NCBI GenBank assembly: GCA_043228905.1
Contig: JBHGNT010000009.1
Coordinates: forward strand, 12,338,001 to 12,402,000
DNA from: Azolla caroliniana
Lineage: Eukaryota; Plantae; Polypodiophyta
Direction: 5' to 3'
Length of the DNA: 64,000 bases
A program made the translations under genes and the position numbers. The notes below the pieces were generated by a model. The model saw only the letters and a program-made list of their open reading frames with translations, was not told where the DNA came from and did not search any database. Positions 12,601-25,525 of this stretch are shown here, one piece after another; position 1 is the first letter of the stretch; every line of letters starts with the position of its first letter.

Positions 12601-12968
12601 CCCTTTACGAACTAAAGCAAGCCCTGTGTACCTAGAACGCGAAGATCACGGAACGATTGCGTCAGTTTGGCTTTGCGACGTCAAAATCGGACTCCTCACT
12701 ATTCATTCTGAAAGGTCGACTCAGGCCGGTTAGCATTTTACTTTATGTTGATGACTTGGTCATTACCGGCACCGACCTAGGTGAGATTGACCGCCTGAAG
12801 CTCCAGCTTGCGGCATCATTTGACATGAAGGATCTGGGGGACCTTCAGTACTTCCTCGGGATCGAAGTGATCCGCACCCTCGAAGGCATACTGATCAGCC
12901 AACGGCATTACGTGTTGAGTATGCTCTTCAAATTTGGGATGGCCGATTGTAAGTCCCTCTCAACACCT

Positions 12969-13558
12969 TGTTGAGAACTCGACGTTCCTTATGTCCGACG
13001 CTCGGCCACAACCGAGATTCTTTACATACACAGAAAACAGGTAATGAAACGCGACACAAAAGAAAAAGAAGAGGAGAAATGGTGCATAGGAGATATACGT
13101 GGAAAACCCCAAAATAGGGGGAAAAACCACGGCAGCCCACAAGCTGCAAACTGTCACTATGCAGAAATATACAACAGTGAGATCACTGAGGCAACGACCT
13201 CGTGCTCACAGATCTTCGCCACAGGCGGCGGTTACAACAGAGGCAACGACCTCGTCTCTCTCTCTCTCTATCTATCTCTCTGTACAGTTACGCGCTCTCT
13301 TATTTCTTCTTGCACCAACAAGGAAGAATAATAACAACAACATCATAATCAAAAGTTTGCCCTAAATCATATTTATACCAATATGACTTTTCGGCTATTT
13401 ACAAATGTAGCCTCGATGGGCTCCATCCGGCTCTCCGCAGTCGGGTACTCCTCATCCGGTTCATACCGGGCCTGCACCATCCGACTCTCCGAAGTCGGGT
13501 TCTCCTCATTCGGCACTGTTCTTCTCCCTTCCCATCTGGAGGGACCTGTCTTCCTACA
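12969..13558 (-). repeat. 3' LTR of Tork-B (590 bp)
   Basis: TG…CA ends, a repeat of 17662-18253. Confidence 0.96.
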
Positions 13559-13568
13559 AACTCCCCCT

Positions 13569-16500
13569 TCACTCCGGCATGGGGTGTCTTTCCAGCCCGA
13601 TGCTCTTCCGGCATGCGTCCAGCTTGTCGGGTGTCAGCACTTTGGTCAGCATATCTGACCAGTTCTCGGCCGTGTGGATCTTCGCCAATGTGAACTCCTG
13701 GTCATCTACCCTTTCCCGGATCCAGTGATACCTCCGCTGGATATGCTTTGTCCGGGAATGGTAGGCCGCATTCTTGGCAAGGTGGATGGCACTTTGACTG
13801 TCGCAGTAGAGTCGGTATTCCTCTTGCCGGATACCGAGCTCCCCGATGAAGTCCTTCATCCATAATATTTCCTTGCCGGCTTCCACAGCCGCCATGTACT
13901 CCGCCTCTGTGGTTGACAATGCAACCGTCTTCTGCAGCCTCGACTGCCACGAAACAGCTCCCCCTGCATACGTCATCACATACCCGGATGTAGACCGGCT
14001 GGTATCCACATCAGCCGACATGTCCGAATCGGTGAAACCATCCAGTTTAGGTTTTCCGGAGCCGAATCGGAGACACATATTTGAAGTGCCCTTCAAATGC
14101 CAGAGTATCCACTTGACCGCGTTCCAATGCTCCTTGCCGGGATTACTCATGAACCGGCTCACCACTCCGACTGCGTATCCAATGTCCGGTCGGGTACACA
14201 CCATTGCGTACATCAAGCTCCCGACAGCAGAGGCATATGGAATCTTCATCATATCTGCCTTCTCTCCTTTTGTCTTCGGGCTTTGCTTGCCGGACAACTT
14301 GCAGTTTGCCGGAAGTGTCGATCCCACCGGTTTTGCATCTGACATGTTGAACCGGTGACGCACCTTTGTCACATACTTCTCCTGTGATAGCCATAGTTGC
14401 TTCTCTGACCGGTCCCGAATGATGTGCATCCCCAACATCTGTCTTGCCGGACCCAGGTCTTTCATTGAGAAGGTCCGGTTGAGAGCCTTCTTCAGCATCC
14501 GTATTTTGCCTTGGTCTCGTCCGATGATCAACATGTCATCCATGTACAGGAGGAGTATCAGGAAGTCCCCTCCTTCAAACTTCTTCACAAACACGCAGTG
14601 ATCGGCCTGCGTCTTGTGGTACCCTTGATCGGTCATGAAGGAGTCGAACTTCCGATACCATTGCCGGGGAGCCTGCTTCAGTCCGTACAAGCTCTTCTTC
14701 AACCGGCATACCAGGTGCTCCTTCTCTTTCTCCACAAATCCTTCCGGTTGCTGCATGTAGATCTCCTCTTCGAGGTCGCCGTGAAGGAATGCCGTCTTCA
14801 CGTCCAGCTGCTCTACCTCGAGATCCATGCTTGCTGCAATACTCAGCACCGTCCGGATGGAGGTCATCTTTACTACCGGGGCGAATATTTCGTCGAAGTC
14901 CACGCCCTTCTTCTGCTGGAACCCCTTCACCACGATCCTGGCTTTGTATCTCGGGGGGTTGCCGGCATCTCCCGGTTTCAACTTGAATACCCACTTGTTT
15001 CGGAGTGCCCGCTTTCCTTTCGGCAGCTCCACCAATTCGTACGTATGGTTCTCATGCAGGGAATCCATCTCATCCTGCATGGCACTTAACCATTTTCGGC
15101 TGTGGGTGTCAACCTTCGCTTCTTCGAAGCTTTCCGGCTCCCCCTCATCGGTCAGCAGGACATGCTCTGCATCCGGAAATCTCCGGGGCGCCCTTCTCTC
15201 TCTGAGAGGATATCTACGTCTTCGGGCTTCGGTAATCGGTTCCTCCATTTGCTCTTCATCCGAATCCAATTCGGGATTTTGACCGGTTCCGGTCTCAGCT
15301 TCCTCTACTTCTTCTTCTGCCGGTTCGGTATCCTCACCATAACCGGCTGGTTCCTCGAGTGCTAACCGGTCTCTTGCCGGTTGGGTCTGCTCATTGTAGA
15401 GTCTATCCTTACCGGTCGACTCGGGGTTCATTATCTTCTTCTCTGACTCCCAGTCGGCGAGCATCTTGTCCTCCATGAAGATAATATCTCGACTCCGGAA
15501 TACCTTCTTGTCGACCGGGTCCCACACTCGGTAGCCGAACTCATCGTCACCGTAACCGAGGAATATGCATGGCTGGGTCTTTGGATCTAGCTTTCCTCTC
15601 CGGTCCTTTGCTACATGCACGTACGTGAGACACCCGAACACCCTCAGATGCCGGTAGGAAACTTCCTTACCGGTCCATACTCTCTGTGGCGTGTCTCCGT
15701 CCAAGGGTACTGAGGGTGATCTGTTTATCACATATGTCGCCGTCGACAGTGCCTCAGCCCAAAACTTCTTGGGTAGTTTTGCATGCGCTAGCATACTCCG
15801 GACCCTCTCCATTATGGTCCGGTTCATCCTCTCGGCCAGTCTGTTTAGTTCCGGCGTCTTCGGCACGGTAAATTCGAGCCGGATTCCCTTCGAGCGGCAG
15901 TACTCCTCGAACTGCCCCCGGTACTCACCTCCGTTATCTGCTCGAACCGCCTTCAGCTTCCGGCCGGTTTCTCTTTCCACTCTCGCGTGGAGCTCTTTGA
16001 GGACGGATAACACCTGATCCTTCGTCTTCAACGGTGTGGCCCACAGCTTCCGGCTGTGGTCATCTATGAACGTCACGAAGTACTGCGCTCCGGCATGTGA
16101 CTTCGTGTCTACTTGACAAACATCCGTATGCACCAACTCCAGTGGTGCATTACGTCTCATCGGTGGCCTTGGTCGGAAGGAGGTCCGGTTCTGCTTACCG
16201 GCCAGACAATCAGTGCACTTCTCTAAATGCACGTTCTTCACTGGGATGAGGTTGTCATCTTCAAGCCTCTTCATCCCCTTCTCACTCATGTGACATAGCC
16301 TCTTGTGCCACAGCTCACCGGCAGTGTCGGAAGCCACGTTCACTTCTTCCGGACATAACCGGGCATTCATCAGGTACAGTGTGTTTACCTTCCGGGCCCG
16401 AGCCACAATCAGGCTCCCTTTGCTGAACTTCATGACACCGTTCCGGATGCTACCCGTGTAGCCTTCATCATCTAGCCGACCGGCTGATATCAGGTTTAGA

Positions 16501-17631
16501 CGAACTTCCGGAACATGTCGGACATCTTTCAACAACAATTTGCATCCGGTTGGTGTTGTCAGCCACACGTCTCCTATGCCGACAATTCGGCATGTTCCTT
16601 CATTCCCCATCCGGACACAGCCGTGATCACCGGCTGAGTAGGATGAGAAGCATTTCCGGTCCGGGGTAAGGTGGAACGACGCTCCGGAGTCTACCACCCA
16701 GGTCATCTCATCGCCGGCATGGTTTATCTCACTCTCTTCGGTGATGAGCATCAACTCCTCTTCACTGGCCGCAATTGCCGTCGTTCCCTTCCGGTCCGGA
16801 CCCCTCCGGTCTTTACCGTTCCGGTCTGTACCGTTCCGGTTCGGGGTTTGCTTCGAATCGGTACCGTCGGTTTCCTTGTCTTTACGGAAATGCCGACAGT
16901 TCTTCTGGAAGTGTCCCGGCTTGCCGCAATAGAAGCAAATCGGCCTCCCCCTTGACTTTGATCGTGTCCCCGACTTCTCCCGGTTCTGGGGGCTACGGTT
17001 TCTATGTCTTCCGCGTTCCGATTCGGTAAGGAGCGCTTTGGAGTCGGAGCTCGTATCTTTGTCTTTCCGACAAGCCTCCTCATCTAGCAAGCTCGACTTT
17101 ACTCTTGCTAGGGATAGCCGTTTTCCTTCCGGCCCGGCGTTGCCCAAAGTAACAACTAACGTCTCCCAGCTATCCGGGAGGGAACCGAGCAGGAGTAGCG
17201 CTAGGACCTCATCGGCAAGAGGTACTTCCAATGACGTTGCCTGGTGAATCAGCCCCTGGAAGGCATTCATATGCTCCGCCATGCTGGAACCATCTTGGTA
17301 CCGGAGTCTTACAAGCTTCCAGAATACCGATGCCTGATTGACAGCATTTTTGTTCTGGAACATTGTGCAGATCTTCTCCCAGAGCTCATGAGCCTTACTC
17401 TCTTCATTGAAGTTGTTGTACAGGCTCATGTCGATGAAGCACCGTATGTACGCTGTTGTCTTCATGTGCATCACCTCCCATATCGCGGCGTCGATTTTGT
17501 CCGGTCTCTTGTCCCCGAACTGAAGCGGCAGCCAGAGGTCTTTAACCACGAGCATGTCCCTCATCTTCGACTTCCACACTGAATTAGTTGGAGCCGGTGA
17601 GCTTGAACATGCCGCCAAACGATTCGTCCAT
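13569..17631 (-). CDS. Tork-B gag-pol polyprotein (gag, CCHC, PR, GAG-pre-integrase, IN, RT, RNase H) with a 1-bp frameshift near the N-terminus
   Basis: Open frame of more than 1330 codons with CFYCGKPGHFQKNC, WVVDSGAS, VHTDV…FIDD…RADNGGEY, QLDVKTAFLHG, YMDD and LYCDSQSAIHL. The likely start MDESFGGMFKLTGSN at 17631 is out of frame with the rest. Confidence 0.93.
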
Positions 17632-17661
17632 TTTCTGTGTCGATTTCGCTCTGATACCACT

Positions 17662-18253
17662 TGTTGAGAACTCGACGTTCCTTATGTCCGACGCTCGGCC
17701 ACAACCGAGATTCTTTACATACACAGAAAACAGGTAATGAAACGCGACACAAAAGAAAAAGAAGAGGAGAAATGGTGCATAGGAGATATACGTGGAAAAC
17801 CCCAAAATAGGGGGAAAAACCACGGTAGCCCACAAGCTGCAAACTGTCACTATGCAGAAATATACAACAGTGAGATCACTGAGGCAACGACCTCGTGCTC
17901 ACAGATCTTCGCCACAGGCGGCGGTTACAACAGAGGCAACGACCTCGTCTCTCTCTCTCTCTCTCTCTATCTCTTTGTACAGTTACGCGCTCTCTTATTT
18001 CTTCTTGCACCAACAAGGAAGAATAATAACAACAACATCATAATCAAAAGTTTGCCCTAAATCATATTTATACCAATATGACTTTTCGGCTATTTACAAA
18101 TGTAGCCTCGATGGGCTCCATCCGGCTCTCCGCAGTCGGGTACTCCTCATCCGGTTCATACCGGGCCTGCACCATCCGACTCTCCGAAGTCGGGTTCTCC
18201 TCATTCGGCACTGTTCTTCTCCCTTCCCATCCGGAGGGACCTGTCTTCCTACA
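17662..18253 (-). repeat. 5' LTR of Tork-B (592 bp)
   Basis: Followed on the minus strand by AG and the tRNA-iMet PBS. Confidence 0.96.
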
Positions 18254-19921
18254 CACCTCTGGATAAAACCATCAAGCTTCGCCCCGATTCCGGAAAGGTA
18301 TGCAACCCGACGAGGTTCCGACAGACAGTCGGAAGCCTTATATACTTGACAATCACCCGACCAGATCTCAGCTACCCGGTCGGGGTGATTAGTCAGTTCA
18401 TGGCGCGACCGACCGAGGAGCACCTTTAGTGCGCACTACGCGTACTCTGGTACGTCAGTGGCACTAAAGGCCGGGGGCTACTATATCAGACCGATACTGC
18501 CGCGCAGTTGGTCGGTTACACCGATGCTGATTGGGCCGGAAACGCAGCCGATCGCCGATCCTCGTCCGGTTTCGTGTTCTCTCTTGGGAGTGTCACGACT
18601 GCATGGAGTACCAAGAAGTAGCCGATAGTTGCGCTATCGAGCACCGACGTCGTGTATAGATGCGCGGTTGTCGCGACTTGCGAAGCCATATGGTTGAAGC
18701 GGCTACTTAAGGATCTGCAGGTGGAGGTATCCGATCCAACGACAATCTATTGCGACAACCTCAACAACATCCAGCTAGCTACGAACCCCGTCTTCCACGC
18801 CCGGACTAAGCACATTGAGGTGCACTGCCATTTCGTCCGTGAGCGTGTCCTCTCTTATGAAGTCGAACTTCAGTATGTTCCGACGGATCAGCAAAACGCC
18901 GACATCTTCACCAAGCCTCTTGGTCTGGACAAGTTGGGGCAATTCTCGGGTGCGCTTGGATTGCGTCACCTCGACGTGCCGAACTTGAGGGGGAGAGACG
19001 TCCATGATGACCACGGAAGGGAGCAGGAAAGGAGCGGAAAAGACTGTGACGCCGAGTCGGATAACGAATTCGATTTCGGATCGACTGAAGAAGCCGAGGG
19101 AGGATCCGCGGAAGAGTCCAAAAGCAGACATAAGGGGAGCAATCGAAAGAAAGAGCCGAAGCCAACCAAGCGTGGGGGAGTCAAAGCCATCAAGGGCGAG
19201 AAGACGTAAGAAGATTTGGAGACAGCCAACTCGGACAAGAGCGAAAACCGATCGGAGGAAGCCGTGTCGGTTCGGATGGTTGATTCGGATACGCTGAATC
19301 AACCAAGGGCCAAGCGGAAGAGAAGGCAGCAGAAGAGGCGCCAACACTGCAACAACAAGGAAGCTGAGAAGGGCCATGTAAGCAGACAAGCCGACTGGAA
19401 GGGTCGAGGCGCGCGGAATCGAACGGGTCGAGGAGTGAGAGCGAGGCATGAAGCCAAAAGGAACTAGAGCGTAGAGCCGGCGGAGCAGGTGGAACCTGAA
19501 ATCTAGCTTGAGGGGGAGTGTTGAGAGACAAGCTCAACATTCGTGCATGTAATACGATGCGTAACCCATTGCGTAGACTGGGTGCGTAAATTAGTATGCA
19601 TAACATGGCCGTATCGGTGCGTAAACCGGAAGGCCGTTAGTATGATATTCCTCGTAAATAATAATTTTGGGAGTTAGTGTAGTAGGCTCATTTATGAGCG
19701 GTCAAGTAGTGTCAGTACTTGTGTCAGCCCTATTGTCAAGGCTTGTATAAAAGGTGCTCCCTGAGCACGGTGTATGTACAGATTGAGTATTATTTTGAAT
19801 TGAGTTTCTGTGTGTTCTCTCTCTCTGTCTCTCCCGCGTACTATGTATATTCAAGCTCTCCATTAAACCTGCGTATTTTCTATGTTCGGTTTTCTATTGC
19901 TTCCGCACATAATCTTTTTCA

Positions 19922-22300
19922 AGAAGACCAGTTCCATATCAGAGGAAGTGTGGTACGTTGACTCTGGTGCGTCGAATCACATGACAAGCCACAAAGAGTG
20001 GTTCTCTTTCCTGGAGAAACCGGAACAACCAGGAGTTGTCAAAACCGGAGACAACACTCCTCACCCAATCGTGCATGTCGGAGAAGTCCCTTTGAGCCAT
20101 GTCGGACAGAGGCAGAAGTTGATGAACGTATTACACGTTCCGACTATCACAAAGAACCTTGTGTCAGTTGGACAGATTGTTGACCAGGGGGATGCAGGTG
20201 CGGTTTACACACCTTGGGTGCTTCATCGAGGAAGAGGGCCAAATCATTGCGCAAGGGCGCGGAGATGGGAGGATGTTTATCCTCGAAACCAATGACGTCA
20301 GCACCGCTTTGTTCGCCAAAGGACAGAAGATTGAATCGGATATCGATCTCTAGCACAAGCGGATCAGCCACATAACAAGCTCAACCGTATTCATTCCAAT
20401 GTATGGGGACCGACACAAAACGTTAGTCTTGGCGGGAGTCGGTATTTCATCTCCTTCATCGACGACTACGGCCGGTACACATGGATCTACCTTATTGAGC
20501 GAAAGAGCGAAGTCTTCGAGTGTTTCTGGAACCTACAAAGACTGGTTGAACGGGAAATGGAGAGAAAGATCAAGTGCTTGTGGTCAGATGGCAGGAAAAA
20601 ATACTTTTCCGGCCAATTCAACACTTATCTACAACAAAACGGAATTCAGAGAGAATTCAGTTGCAGGTACACACCTGAGCAAAACGGTGTGGCCGAAAGG
20701 AAGAACCGGTCGATTGTCGATGTGGCAAGGGCAATGCTAGAGGAGAAGAGCATGCTCCATTTCTACTGGGCTGAGGTGGTTCGGATGGTCGTCTACATCC
20801 AAAACCTGTCCACGCATGAGCTGTATTTCGGGCGCAAGACGAATCTGAGACACCTTCGGATATTCGGTAGCATTGCATATGTGCATGTGCCGAATGACAA
20901 GCGGAGGAAGTTGGATGCAAAGTCGGAGAAATGCATCCTGGTCGGTTACTCGCATGAGCAAAAGGGGTATAAGTGTTATAACCCCCGGACGAAGTAGGTT
21001 CGAGTTAGCTGGGATGTTGAGTTTGATGAGACGGCATCATGGTATGCCTTCCTAGCTCTGGCTTTCGACCCCGACCCAGTGCCGGAGGATGAGGCTAGTG
21101 AGCCTGAACCGGTCCAGTTAGAAGACGAAGGGTTTGAGACTCTAGGTCTGAGTTCGGAATCGTTTCGGTTGAGTAGGCCGAACGAGCGGCTGAGTCGAGA
21201 TGACCAGTCGGATGAGGAACCAGCGAGTAGTGGAGACTCTGTCGTGGGTACAATGAGTACATGGCACATCACTATGCATACATGACCAAGGTGGCGGAAG
21301 TGCGTGAGCCGGAGAGCTACGCAGAAGCGGCAAGGGATGCAAATTGGCATGCTGCTATGGAGGAAGAAATGTGGGCACTTGATGCTAACGACACATGGGA
21401 CCTAGTACCCTGCCTGACACTGTAAACCGATTGGATGTAAGTGGGTGTACAAGGTAAAGTACAATGATGATGGTTCGGTTAACCGGTACAAGGCTCGGTT
21501 AGTGGCGAAGGGATACACCCAAACCCACGGAATCGGGAGCGACCGATTTGGACAAGAGCTGGAACGAGTCGGAGACAGCCGATTCGGTCCAACGGATGGA
21601 TTCGAAAGAACTGGATCAACTGAAGGCCAAGCGGACGAGAAGGTAGCAGTAGTCGACGCCAACACGGACGAATCGACAGGTCGACAAGCACCAGAGTCAC
21701 AGCAGCAAGGGAGCTGAATTGGGCTTGTTGAACAAACAAGCCGACTGAGGAGGTTGAGGCGCGCAGAACTAGAGGGGTCGCGGCAAATAGGACCGGACCG
21801 GACGAGAGGCACGAGTGAGGCGGAGTCGGGTGGAAGGACCGACTGCCATGGAGACTGACACTACGATCCGACCTCAAGTTGAGCTTGAGGGGGAGTGTTG
21901 AGCGGCAAGCTCAACCGGATCCGGATCGGCATCCGGAAGGATGAGCCGGATCGGTGAGCCGGTGAGCCAGTGAGCTGGGGAGCCGATTAGCCGGATCCAA
22001 CAGTAACTGGAAGCCTAGTAGCAGCCTAGACTGCTAGGTAGTTAATGACTCGTAGTTAGTGTTAGACGCTCGTGTGAGCATTGAAGTACACCGTACTTCT
22101 GTCAGTCCCCTTAGGACTTGTATAAATAGTGTTGTTGAAGCATGTTGTATACACAAAGAACTATTATTGTTCTGTAATAGATTTTTAACGTTCTGCTTAT
22201 TCTCTGTCTCTCCCACGTACGCTCTATGTTTCTTTCTCTCTCTCTGTCTGTTGTTATCCGGATGGGTCGATTTGCCTAACGCTTACGCACCTTTTTTACA
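19922..22300 (+). mobile_element. Ale-like Copia copy C (different subfamily), 3' part with most of RT/RNase H deleted; host of A1
   Basis: PR (WYVDSGASNHM), IN, and the RT start ([17 protein letters not shown]) joined at ~21535 to the C-terminal tail. PPT 21886-21895. 3' LTR 21896-22300 (TGTTGAG…TTTTACA). Confidence 0.88.
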
Positions 22301-24361
22301 CATTTCTTCTTGAATGCCAATCAGGTTTCATTAGAGAACTTGTTTATGGGAGTATTGTGTTCCATTACGAGTCAGTATCAGGTCCGTTGATCCCTTTAAT
22401 TCATGGGTATTGATTAGATCTCATGTAAACTTTGCACGTATTTCATTTCTTCTTGAATGTCTATATCAGGTTTCATTAGAAGACATGCTCACAAAAGTAA
22501 TACATTCAATCGGGAATCAATATTAGGTTTCTCAATTAGAAGGGACAAATCTCATTTTGAATATGTAGAGGGGCGAAAGTGCTCAAAGTGTGGAGAGCCT
22601 GGACACCTGTAATATTAAACAGTTTTTACGTTCATTTGTAGTGCAAATAATCATATTTCTGAACTAAAAAAAAAATCTGTGAAAATACGGGAAAAACTGT
22701 GAATTTACCAATTTCCAGCATGAATCATTATACCTTCTCCTCTTAAGTAATGCTACAATCTTGATCCCATGCACAATAAGATCAACGTTTTTGGTCCATA
22801 ATATAATCTGCAACAAACAAAAGATGTAAAGTAATAATCAAGAAGCATCAATCATTATACCTTCACCTCCTAAGTGATCCTGTGCACAATAACATCAACC
22901 TGTGTGGTCCATAATATAATATGCAACCCATAACTATGTATGTATATATATTTATAATCGTGTATGGATGCATGCCTCGTGGTTTTCATGTTACTATATT
23001 TGCCTCAATGAGCTCCCTTTTCACCAAGCCATCAATTCCAGAAGCTTGAATTAACAAAGCCTACTTCCTTATAGTTTCAAAGCCAACATTGCAGGAGCTA
23101 TCCAAGGTCAGGACAGTCATATATGTCATTTCTTGCCCAAATATACACATGCTTCAATCTCTTCCATTGTTCCTATGCTATCATGCCACCTTGAATAACA
23201 AAGAAATTTGGAAACGAAATTTGTTCATTTAGTAAAGAATTTTGGAAACGAAACAAGAGAATGGAACTTCATGTTTGGGTTAGCAAATTAAGAATATCAT
23301 TAATATAACACATACCAACAAGATCTACAGCCTTTCCAATAAAGATATCACAAAATAAATTAAGTGTTTTTTATGTGCACCTTAGTGTTGGTCAGTCCAG
23401 ATTCAAATGGTATGGTATAAGCTCTTTAGGAGTTGTATTGGTTTGCCTTTTTTCGTTTTTAGAGCATGGTAGATATGGATTTGAGCTTGCATTCCCATGA
23501 AAGCTTGCACAAATCACAACAAAATCTTGTTCGATTGTCACTGGAATCTATCGCCTCTACTGTCAATCGCTTCTTGAAGCTGCATGAGGTTTCTCAAGAC
23601 CGAAAGAGCTCATCTTTTGTGTGAAATGACAATAGCAAATACACAAAGTAACATTGCAAAAAAAGTATGCAAGAGAATGTTGTAAATGCATGTGTGCATG
23701 CATTCATATATGCATACAAACACAACCATGCACATGCATGTGCAAATACGCATGCACACATGCACACATGCATACACATACTCATACAAACATAGTTTTA
23801 AATTGATATGGTACTAAACTAAGAACCTTCATGTTTGCAATGTCACCTTCCCTCATGTTTTCGGCATCATTATTTCATACATCCTCCTCCTTTGTCCCCT
23901 CTTTCACCACAAACACTTTATTTATCAAAGATGAAATGACAATATTTGCATAAGACCCTCCAAATGATTTGCTTTTTTGGGTATCCTTGCAAAGTAAATT
24001 CATAGACAAAAGTTTTTAATACATAATTAACATGATAATATATACAGGATATACACAAATCAAAGTGAAATAAAAAGAAACAATAAAAAGAACAATAAAA
24101 TTTCAGCAAAACCAAAACTAAAAGCTGTTATAATACAATTTCACTATGCAAGATTGTAAAAATCAATTTAGAAATTACATATGAAGAAAAGAAAGCCAAA
24201 TAATTCTTAAAATCAATGTTTTGTTTACAAAATTAGCCATCCTAAGCATTTCAGGATTATATAGAGAACAATGGTGAAATCAATGTAAAAAACAAACTCC
24301 CCCCCCCCCCCCCCTCTCTCTCTCAATTTACAAACAAAAGTTTGTAAAGTTTTCATTTTGT

Positions 24362-24834
24362 TTACTTCCTCCAATTCAGTGAATCCGAGCCACCTCTTGA
24401 ATACCTTTTATTACCTCCACTATAACCACCATTGCGATTGTTGCCACCATTTCCACCACCATTGGTATCATTATGTCCATTGGCACAACCACAACCACTG
24501 TCCACCATTTCCTCCATCTGATCTCTCCTTGCTATATCGTGAACCACCACCTCCATTGGAGGCACGATAGACTCCATCACCCCGACTCGATCTTCCCTGA
24601 GCTTAGTCCACAGTAATGTTCCTTCCATTGAGCTCTTTTCCATTTGTGGACTCAATCACACTTGTCATTGCTTGCTCATCAGAGAATGTCACAAAGCCAA
24701 AGCCTCGTGATTGTCCCGTTTCATGGTCATTGATAACCTTGGAGTTGACAACTTCCCCGAAGTATCCTGCAATCATCGGTGGTCCATGCGAGACCTCCAA
24801 TGAAGCAACAATACTCGAGATCTACAATGGCCAT
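24362..24834 (-). pseudogene. Glycine-rich RNA-binding protein (GRP7/8-type, RRM plus Gly-rich tail) pseudogene, intronless
   Basis: MAIVDLEYCCFIGGLAWTTDD (RNP2-like)…SKVINDHETGQSRGFGFVTFSDEQAM (RNP1)…NGKELNGRNITVD*, then a Gly-rich tail ending GGSDSLNWRK*. Frameshifts and an internal stop. Confidence 0.9.
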
Positions 24835-25014
24835 GGAAGCTTTGAGATGGGGTGGGGGGTGCAAGAGGAAACAAAGAGCCTCTCTCTCTCTCTCTCTCCT
24901 TTTCCCCCCCCAATTTTTACTAAAACACATCACATATATAGTCTCCCCCCCTTTCTTCCCCCATTTTTTAAAAACATTTAGCATCCATTTGAGAGGCGTT
25001 TTAAAAAGAGTGTT

Positions 25015-25525
25015 CTACTGTACATGTGCATGTTTATGTATGTGGATATGTATATTTGTGTGTGTATGTTATGCTCTATACATGTGCATATGCATGTATT
25101 GTACTCCATGTGTTGTATGTGTGGCATGTGCATATGTATGTATGTGTTATGTGTGTGTATGTTCAGTACATGTGCATATGATGTATTGTAATTTGTATGT
25201 ATTATTGGTATGGCATGTGCATATGTATGTGTGTGTTATGTGAGTGTATGTTCTATATACATATGTGTATGCATACATACATGTGTATATATGTGTGTGT
25301 CTATTCTATATATACATGCATATGTATTGTATTGCATGTATATATATGTATGTGATATGTGTACATATGTAAGTGTGTATGTATGGGATGTGTGTATATA
25401 CATATATGTACATATTGTATTGCATGTGTTGTATGTATTGTATATATGGCATGTGTGTAAGTTTAGATGTGTATATTGGATCCATTATGTGTTGAATGAA
25501 TATATGTATGTACATGTATGCATGT
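25015..25525. repeat. Degenerate (TA/TG/CA)n simple-sequence tract, left part
   Basis: Alternating pyrimidine-purine tatgtgtatg units, continuing after the Copia insertion. Confidence 0.9.

Larger units (their letters stand above)
12969..18253 (-). mobile_element. Ty1/Copia Tnt1/Tork-like element B, young and near-intact
   Basis: LTRs 17662-18253 and 12969-13558 differ by only ~4 substitutions plus a (TC)n length change. TSD CACCT at 12964-12968 and 18254-18258. PBS TGGTATCAGAGC (17659-17648). PPT GAAGGGGGAG beside 13559. Confidence 0.97.
9645..19921 (+). mobile_element. Ty1/Copia (Ale-like) copy A1, decayed; 5' part lies outside the window beyond Gypsy-1; interrupted by the Tork element at 12969-18253
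   Basis: gag, PR (WYIDSG), IN (IHSDVWG), RT ([13 protein letters not shown]) and RH (IYCDN…HARTKHIEVH) in Copia order. PPT at 19509-19518. 3' LTR 19519-19921 (TGTTGAG…TTTTTCA). Confidence 0.92.

Noticed and set aside
17632-17660. ORF-track start of the 1363-aa ORF (MVSERNRH…)
   Set aside because: It starts at a GTG overlapping the PBS. The homologous Gag start is the ATG at 17631, displaced by a frameshift.
22565-22612. Zinc-knuckle-like peptide RKCSKCGEPGHL
   Set aside because: It stops before the last Cys and has no surrounding ORF. At most a tiny transposon remnant.
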